DNA of 64,000 nucleotides from Paraspadella gotoi. Its lineage: Eukaryota > Animalia > Chaetognatha. Below are positions 54,678-64,000 of the stretch, piece by piece (the stretch's first letter is position 1; every line of letters starts with the position of its first letter). The notes beneath the pieces were generated by a model. The model searched no databases. It was not told the DNA's origin and saw only the letters and a program-made list of their open reading frames with translations. Where the stretch lies: assembly GCA_051294375.1 (NCBI GenBank), contig CM119270.1, forward strand, positions 10,994,969 to 11,058,968, read 5' to 3'. Both the position numbers and the translations under genes were made by a program.

Positions 54678-57600
54678 CGAATCATGATTTTTAGACTTTA
54701 TTTTTGTTGACGCTTTTTTCTTTTTGTTTGATTTGTTAAAACTGTTTTCAGTATTATTTGTTTATTTTGTATCGAAGGTATCGATTTTGATACTAAAAAA
54801 ACGATCAATTAGTTACCTGTTGATTGCATTCCATCAGACATTCCTCTTCCGACAAAAACCGTCTTTTTCGATGATGACCTCCGGATGAGCATTGGAGAGA
54901 GATTTGCACCTTTGTCCAAGTGTTTCAGGTTAGCAGGGCGAAGACATTGTAATTGTATTAATTATTTGTTGATGGGGGAAGTGGGGCAAGCGAATGGGAG
55001 AATGAACTCAAGCAATGTGATGATTAAAATTTGGATTAATGGATTAATTAGTTTGGAACCTACTGTAGATGCCTTTAGATGTTGTTCGGAAATTAAAATT
55101 TTTTTTAGATGTTTAGTAATTATGCATTAAGAAAGACTAGGAAGAATTGAATTTGAGTGTGAGAGTGGAGTTTCGAGTGCAAGCAAAAACACGCAAATGT
55201 GGACACAACCAAAGAAGGCAAGGTGTCACAACAAGTTTCCCGTCGTGTGAGAAATAGTGGTGCAGAAAGCTCGACTGTGCAAGATAAGAATGATTTCAAA
55301 GTGGCAGAGATGGTAAGAACGGTGAGATGACTATGAACGATGAAGGAAACAGATTCATAGAAAAGAGAAGATAAAGTGAGACGTGAGGTGCGTGAGGTCC
55401 GTGTAAAGTGTGAAACTTAAAAATGAATGTGATGAGAACGAAGTCGGAACTATTTAAGTATTTTTATGCGACGAAAAATCTTCATCGGCCAGATGTTTTG
55501 TCTGTCACAAGATAAAAAAATATGGAAATTTAAAGTTAGTCACTGTACACAAATGAGCGATGCTAATGATCAAACAACTACGAACCTGAGTCTGAGAATT
55601 GACACAAAACTTGACAATCGAGAGACGAGTTGGTGGTTAGAAATGAAGGTGTGTCGGGTTCCTGAAACCGAAAGTTTTTCATTTAGATTTATTGAATGGT
55701 AATTCAGCGATACTTAAAATGTTGATTCATTGTTTTTTTTATTGATTATGTATTGTGGTAGCTGTATTTATTACGTTCTACCTTCTATTCCCATCTTGTC
55801 CCAATACTTACCTTTAACCTTTCGCCGCAGTCCTTTAAGCAGTTTCCGCCGTAGACGAGGCCGGCGACGCGGCGCAGCGCCATCCCGCGGACTCCACGCC
55901 GCGCTCGTCCGTGACCCATCGAGACGCATGGCTGCTGCGGCCCCGACGACGACCCGGGGCAGCACATCGAGTCTGCTACCTTCGACGCGTTTCGTAGCGA
56001 TTCGCGCGTTTTGTGTGTTTTGTTTGTTTCGTTATTTTGAGGAAATTGTTGTTTAGTAGTTTTTTCGTTACAAGTATATTTTCGTTAGGGAAGTTCGTTA
56101 TCATTTTAGGCGAATATAGCATTACTATTTACTTTTGTACGAATAGAGTAATTAAAAAACATAATTACATTCTCTTACCGTACAAAAATATTACAAGAAA
56201 CATCAATGACCATGATGACAAAGAATAATATGAAGGGAAGGAGTATCATAGTAGCGATAATGTATTACAGGGTAAACGTCCCAAAGGTGAATATTTTACC
56301 CAAGCTTGAAAAAAGGTTTCAGCTAGGTTTTTAAAATCATGATTATCCTTTGAAATATTCCATAAATAGTCCTAAAAATACTTTTTAGTTAAGAGTTAAG
56401 ACATTGGTCAAAAAGAGATTAGCGTATTATAATAGTTATTTTGCACTATACAAAAGATATCTTGATCAGTTTTTTCTCTTTCTGGATTTTAAGTTTACAA
56501 CTGTTTCACCTTCGAATATTGAATGAGTTGTTAGTGCCATGTATCAAATTCAGGTTATAACTCATCAGGTTGATGGTTGAATACCGAACGGAACAGTCAA
56601 TCCCTCACGCCAAGTATTCTGGGAAAATTAAATTTTTTTCGTCAATATTCGCCGAACTTGCCATTTTGGGTGAAAACTTAGAGTGACATACTCCCATTTT
56701 GGCGCACAAGTTAGCGCAGTTGACCTTGGGACCATTAGCTAAGGATGGTTTGGTGAAAGCGCTAAAGGTTTGGACAATCTGAGAAAGCGAAGGTCGGGTT
56801 ATGGATCAATCAACATGGGAAACTGAAAAACAAAGAGTTGATATTCTCGCCTTTGCTTGGTCTTCGCAAATTTGAAGGCAGAGACTTTCAGGAGGAAAGC
56901 GTAAGTAAGGGTTTGGTAAGTTCATTGAAGGTGGGGGTTTTTTAGTGGGAGAGCTTCTGAGGTCACGAAATGGGCAAATAAAAAAGAAAAAGGGTATTAT
57001 CGTAAAAGTATTAAAAGTCAAAACTGAACACTTAAAATTCTTAAGGTCCTAGTTTAATTAAAATTCTCCTTGATATATGCCCTTTTTTGTATCTGGATTA
57101 TGAATGTATTATGGATTCTTAGCACTTTTTTTTCGAATATTTACTTTCAAAATTTTATAAATTAGGTACAACTTTTCCGGATTATAACTATATATGGGTT
57201 CTGGATTAAAGGTTCAACCTGATAATCATGACCACATAGTTTTTAAATTTACGTGTTGCAACCGTCGCCGAAGTGAAGAATTGAATTCTAGAAAGAGTTA
57301 ATTAAAATGAATGTGGGAGTCTACGCTGTGATAGTTAAGAAGAAACCTCGAATTAACAAGACCTGTAATTATTATTATTACTCGTTGAAAAATTATAAAA
57401 TTTAATTATAAACTCTTTTCATTTGGTCACGTTAATTCCGGATCACTTATAGCATCAAAAATGGTGGGATTAATGAAAAGACAAAAACTTACAAAAATGG
57501 CGACGATGAAGAAAAGAGCAAATCGCAGATGCGAGATTGATTTGGCAGACATTTTACAGTTTTTTGGTAAACGTTTTTGTTCGAAAATTAAGTTACTCCT

Positions 57601-60116
57601 AAAAAAACTAAATAACATAAAAACATATATTTATGAGATCAAGGGCGTTATCGTTTTTCTGTTACATATCGATATTATTAAATGCAGTTTTAAATCAAAT
57701 AATTGATAGATCTGTATCACTTTCACTTTTTAAGAAATTGATTCTGCTCCCTTAACGCAATGATCTGGGCCAAAGTCATGATTCAGATGACGCCTATCTG
57801 TATGCGCTGACCATTAATAACAAATTTATCCTGGAAAAGTAAAAAAAGAATCAGGTCAAAAAGAGGTAAGTAACGCGGTTGTTCTAAACTTTTAACAGGT
57901 CACATATCATTTTTTTTATTAAGTTGTCACTTAAGAGGTCTTGCAACAGAAATCAAGATTATTTTTTGTATTAAAACTTTTTCTGGGTAAAAATCCGAAA
58001 CATCTTTATTCAAAATCAAAATTATTTGTTTGATGAGAAAAAAATTATTTAGTTGCGATGCTGAGTTCATACCAACATAAACATGGCATTTTAGGCATGT
58101 TTTAAACCCTTTTTAACCAATGTTTTTAACATTTCAAAAACATATCTTAAATTTTAACTTCGTGACAGTAGATTTGGCTCACGGAGTAGATATTTGTAAG
58201 ACTAAAAGTTTAACATTAAAATGGACCAAAAATAATTTTCAGAAATTGAATTGTTGCTTTTATCGAATATTCGTCATCGTCTGATCGAAAAATAAAAAAA
58301 GAAAAGAAAAGGTGCAGCTGATGAGGGAAAATCCTATTACGTATTCACGACGAACGTGCGTTTACAACTTTTGTAGGAGAGGGCTGGTGAGGTAAGCGGG
58401 TGATTATGTCCCGGAATCCTATAAACAAAAAAATACACTGGTAAAATGAGAACCGGTAAAGACCTGTGGGATATTTTTTTAAATTGGTCTATTACAAGAT
58501 TGCTGGCCAAGGATGCGCATTATTGAATAAAAAATTTAATTTACTGGCTTGTCAGTAGACAACTAGATCAACGAAAACTGTTAAAAGGTTTGCTAAAGAC
58601 AGGAAAAAAAACTGTTTCGCTTGTTACAAATAAAAGTTAAGAGGATAAAAATCTGAGCTTATAGAAGTTTTCTTCTCGCGTAACAGGCCAGAAAAATTAG
58701 CTCCATTCATAAACTGAATTCCTTCTCATGAATAACCAAATCTGTTATGATCATTTTTTCTTTCTTTCTTCTTTTACCTTAATAACGAGGAGGAAGAAAG
58801 GTGGTTCGTTATTATGGTTCTTCCTAATTTTTCTTTATAAATTCGAGCATTTTTGTAAAAGACAAATATTTTGACAAATTCAATTTTTTTTTTCAGAATT
58901 ACGTACGAGTTCCTTGAAAATAATTTTTAAAAAATTGGAAAGAAATCCATTTAATAAAAGCATTTAAGTCCGTGATTTTATATGTTTTAAATTTACAGAT
59001 AGGGTAACAGAACAGTAACGGATAATATTTTGGAAAGAGCTCATGTAAAATAAGTCAAATTAGTTGTCATGGCTTTATGTCATATGTTTTTATTTAAGAA
59101 AGAAAACCGAGTGAGAAGAGAGGTCGTGATTCATTTATTAATTTCACTCGATGAAGTGGAAAGCGAAATAAAACAAATGAACAGAGAGATGTTTATTTAA
59201 TAATCGAACTCAATATCTCTTAATGAAAATTTACGATAATGATTAGCACAACATTGAAAAACTCTATATAATAGCTAATAGTATTATGAATAGTAGTAAT
59301 ATAAAAAATATATAACAAAATTAGATTTAAATAAATAGCGTTATCTGATTTCCGTTAATTTTCTGTTTGCCCTGAACAAGAGGACGCCGAGAGAGGATAG
59401 AGAGTGAAAACCTTGGCATTTAAAAACTAAGCTACCTCATAGAAAACATCATTTTAAATCGCTCTTTCTTCACTACTTGGTCAATATAATAAATAATAAA
59501 AACTAAGTCTGCAACATCTACAGGTGATTCCATTATACAAACATTTTACGCTCATCTGTTGAAACCCAAACAGGCAACAGGCGGAACCATCGAAGCTGAA
59601 GTTCCCCCAAACAAACGCGAATTTCGTCAATATTTTGAGATGGATCTCTCTCTCTCTCTCTTCTCTAGTCTTTTTTATTTGGATCCATGAGTTTTCAAAA
59701 CTTTCTCCGGAAGTTTGGAAAAACATTTTCGAAAATTTACACTTTTCGGAATAAAATATTTTGAGAGAAACTGGAACGGGAGGGGAAGCCAAAGAAAAAG
59801 AGTGAGAGAATGAAGAATAAAATAAAAGAAAAAAGCTTTAAAGAGAGGAGAGAATTCGGCCTTGCTCTTTATACATTATTCAGGAATTATATCTCATACA
59901 CAATTTCTTTTATTTAATTTTGGCCCTTGTCTTCATAAAAATAGTCCTCCAAAAAACATTTAGCTTTCATAAATACTTTTGGAAGAGGAAAAAAAAACCC
60001 AATTAGCTCCGCACATCGAACTTGTTATGTTTTGTCCCAATCTGGGGTTGAAAGTCCGTTGATTTCTGAATTGGAGACCCTGTAACGAGTTTGATAAATA
60101 ATTTTCTACTCAGATT

Positions 60117-60206
<90 letters not shown>

Positions 60207-60592
60207 TCTCTCTCTCTCACGCATTTTCAGTCTCCTGACTCCAAGCCTCACCACGAGCCAAAACTTTTTTCTTCCACGTTGGAAAATCTTGTGAATTTGT
60301 TTTTACTCGTTTCACAAAACAATTCACCGAAAAAAATGAAAACAAAAAGTGGGGAGTTGAGGTTTTCTTTCTTTTGGCTGAAACAAAATTGAGAATTTTA
60401 GAAATTTAAATAAAATGGAATCGAAAGTTTGAGCAGCGTTCCTAACAACGAAAAATTAAGTATACCGACTCCTACTACGATAACTAAGACGACGACTCCG
60501 ACGACAAAACATTTTAGTAGAGAGAGTTTGAAGGGAGTCAAGACGTGAAATGAGCGGACCGGTTGAAGGGGGATCGGAGGAGGGGGAGTCAT
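52020..60592 (-). CDS. Uncharacterised Cys-rich secreted precursor with CX3C motifs and tetrabasic sites, 7 exons, ~275 aa
   Basis: Exons 60592-60466, 55972-55812, 54909-54817, 54182-54114, 53126-52845, 52193-52146, 52067-52020 join in phase. Hydrophobic leader ending GVDS; RARR, RKRR and RRRR sites; CLKDC, CLMEC, CLHIC, CVGKC, CADIC. The first and last exons are less certain than the internal ones. Confidence 0.7.
52430..52700 (+). mobile_element. Helentron-associated (HINE/DINE-1-like) non-autonomous element
   Basis: AAATTTCAT...AATCCATCC core, GACGGACGGAC tract, and 3' hairpin AGTCGGGATCTGCT-GATA-AGCAGATCCGACT followed by an A run. Confidence 0.45.
54245..54580. repeat. ~190-bp diverged tandem duplication
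   Basis: GAACGTTCTTGAACGTT...TGAGTCCATTTAAACG.TAGTGTC at ~54256 and ~54448. Confidence 0.85.
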
Positions 60593-61140
60593 GCCGAGGC
60601 TTTTCGCTACCGTAAAATGTTTCGTCGTCGTCTTCCCGTTTAACGACAATCTTCTGGAGAGCGCCCATCCGTCTTGTGCACCGTCGTCGTCGTTGACGTC
60701 GTCGTCGTTGTCGTCGTCGTTGTCGTCTTCGTTCCTCTTTGTTCGGAAGATGATTTAAGTGCCCTCGATCCAGGGCTGTCTTTCCTTATTGGGGGAAGGG
60801 CTTGTGAGAAAATCGGAATGAGAGATGGAAAGGGGAAGAGAATAGTTTAAAAAGGGGGGGAAAGAGAGAGAAGAAACGAGAGAGAAAAAGAATAATTTCT
60901 ATATACAGTGAAAATAATTTTATCGTTTAATGTTAAAATAGAAATATAGAAAAGAAAAATAGTACAGTATGTAGAAACGATTAATAGAATTATTTTTAAA
61001 AAAGAGCTTTCTTTTTTTGTTGGGCGTAAAACGTAATAATTTTCAGGAACTACTGAAAAGATTTACCGTGTCGTTAAAAATTAAATTGTCGTCATTTTTT
61101 CATAATCGTTTTAACTCCCTTTTTCCCCGTTTTCCAGTCA

Positions 61141-61260
<120 letters not shown>

Positions 61261-62102
61261 ATAAGATGATGTGAAAGGTCTGCCATCAACGTCGATTGAA
61301 AGGTTGAGAGAGAGGTAGCGTGGTGGGGTAGCGAAGGGAGAGGAAAAGAATGAAGAGAAAATAAAATATTGTAAGATTTTTTCATTGGTTTTTATCAAAC
61401 GTTGTTTTTAAAGTAATATATTCTCGTTTTTTAACTAAGACACAGCCAATACATCCCAAGAACTAATCTCAAAAAGTAGTCTTCATTTAAAAATCACTTC
61501 CCTTTTCATTTGTTTGTTTAAAATGATTGATGGTTTTTAGCTTTGTCAAATTTCTTCCCAACCCCTGAACGTAAACAGAAAATACGGGGTCCAGCTGTGA
61601 AGGCCGATCGCCCCAGAGAACCACTCGCTCTCTCTCTCTCATCTTCGCCGCGCGTGGGTAAGTTTAAGATGCCGTAAAATTAAATGCCGTAAAATTGAAT
61701 GCCGTAAAACGCCGGGGCATAATTAACAGCGCTCAGATTCATTAAATGCCTAGAACTGGACTGACTGAAGATTTATATGGGAGCCTTTGCGATGTAAAAC
61801 ATGAAATATTTTCTCATTTCTGGTTAAAATATGATTTCTGTTATTCTACTTAAGTTTCATTTTTGATAATATTTTTTTTTAATTATTACTATACTGCGCC
61901 ATTGAATGAAGCGGATCGAATAGAATGTGGGCGAAACCTACAAAAGAGCCCCCACCCTTCCAAAAATAGAATTAAAAAAAAAAGAACAAAAATTTAAAAA
62001 AGAAGCCGTTTAAGAATTGGGAACCCATAAAACTTTTTTTGTTTTGATCTCCGCGAATCTTCATTAAGCGTCCGCTTTTCTTTTTCGATTCTACCGTCAA
62101 AA

Positions 62103-62232
<130 letters not shown>

Positions 62233-62531
62233 GAACTCTTCATAAATGATGTGGAAGCTTAAAACCTTTTTATAGAGAAACGCTATTTTTTTAGTTTTGT
62301 TTTTTTTTTAACCTAAAGATTTGATCTTGTCTTCAAACAGCTGCAGATTTTTTTTTGTTGAGTTCTTTCTGTTCTGAAATGCGAAGGACAAACAAAGGAA
62401 TAAAGCAAAAAAGAAACGAACGAACGAACTGAATAAATGAACTAATGAATGAACCAACAGAAATAACAAAGATATTTTATATCGATGGTCTAATCTCTCT
62501 CTAGTCTCTCTCTCTCTCTTTCTCTCTCTCT

Positions 62532-62622
<91 letters not shown>

Positions 62623-64000
62623 GTCTCTCTCTATCTCTTCTCTTTCCAGTCACCATCTCCTTTTCTCATCCCCTCTTCTTCTTCCCGTCTTGTCCCTTTT
62701 CCTTCCCTCAACGTTCCCCCCCACTTCCATTTCCAAATGTCTTATTTATCAGTCTTCCCTTTTTTTTCCTGTCTGACCGTAATGACTTTCCCCCCCTCCC
62801 GTTTTTTCTCCCGTTCCTCCTCCCATCCACTCTCCCTTTCTTCTTTCCCTCTCTACCTCCCTCTTTTCCCATCGCCATGCTCAAAAAAAGTAGCTGACAG
62901 GAACGAGAAATTTCTTAATTCGCCAACGAACAAAATCCAGGCGAAGTCAAGACTCAAGAGTCTGAAGAGGAGAGAAGGAAAGGGGGCAGTTGGGGGTCGA
63001 AAAGAGGGCTCGTCGTTCTTGGGGATGTTGTTGTTGTTGTTCTTTGGGGGTAAAAAGGTTAATGATATAAAGACATGTAAGGAAGGCTACGGGAATGTTC
63101 ATTGTTCAAGAGGGAAAACTTGCTATTATATCTGGAATATAAATATATTTGTAGTCGGGCATTGCCTAGGTTAAAATATAATTTAGACGATGGAGACAAT
63201 ACTTCAAAAAAAAACAACTAAAAATCTATGATGCCGAAGTGGAGACTGAGATGGAGCTGATGTGGTGATGTAGAGATGATGGAGTTTGAAATCGGGACTG
63301 AGTATTGGATCGGAGGCAAAGAATATTAAAGAAGATTAAGGAAGATTAAGGAATATTAAGGAAGATTAAAGAAATTTCCTCCCTCGATCTCATTCGGTCT
63401 CTCATTTCGACTCAAATCTCTTCTCGATCAACTTCGGTTCTCACTTTTGGGTCACAAAGATCAAAATCATTTGTTCTTTTGTCTTTACCTCTTTGTTTTA
63501 CATTTTCTCCACGCCCTCTACTAGAAGGGGAGTCAGTACTACAGCTTATTATCCTCGAATTATTAGAAAGTAACTGAGGACGTTTAGGTAAGTTAACGAT
63601 TAAGTCAACCCAAAGGCGGGGCGGAACAATTTTGACTGTATTTAGCTTCCGGTTTTAAACCTTTTTTTTTTTGCTTGGTTTTGTTTGTTTATCTCTTATC
63701 TCGAATTACAGTGAGACACGAGCTCTGTCTCGGTCTCGACAATCGACGACGATAATGACGACGATACAGACGACGACGATGATGTCGAAGAAAAAGATGA
63801 TAATGAGGTCGATGATGTAATACGTAAATGAACTGGCGCATTTGAAAATGATCAAAGCGATAAAATATTGATACTTATAGTTCTCTTATTAAAATTTTAT
63901 GCGTTTACTTTGCTTTCAACCATTTTTTTTATTTGAACAGAAAGAAATAACAATTAAGAAACACACAAAATTCTCGACGACAACAACAACAACGCCGACT

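Noticed and set aside
59545-59600. Possible extra exon (ASMVPPVACLGFNR) of the Cys-rich precursor
   Set aside because: It runs into TGA with no convincing donor; direct 60466/55972 splicing gives a better signal-peptide cleavage site.

Overview
AT-rich, intron-rich invertebrate (metazoan) genomic DNA with many (AG)n/(CT)n microsatellites and one 10-N gap; the species cannot be named from the sequence. Hand-splicing (GT-AG boundaries, exon phases checked) gives these genes: the 3' exons of Nuclear factor I (+), whose introns host an antisense 12-finger C2H2 gene, an antisense frameshifted class-A GPCR and a tRNA-Gly/tRNA-Phe repeat; an orphan 7-exon prohormone-like gene (-); a 17-coding-exon novel PKC of the epsilon/eta class (+); an APRT-like phosphoribosyltransferase (-); and an orphan Cys-rich, furin-site precursor (-). 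The best candidate for an undescribed system is the nPKC locus, which shows three extra coding layers. (1) A 707-codon open frame continues in frame directly after the PKC UAG (stop-codon readthrough candidate). (2) An ATG-containing, phase-compatible alternative first exon in the hinge intron, behind a promoter-like motif cluster, would encode a kinase-domain-only PKM-type isoform. (3) A spliced 118-aa signal-peptide/Arg-rich upstream ORF appears to lie on the same transcript. All gene models are predictions from sequence alone and none has expression support here.
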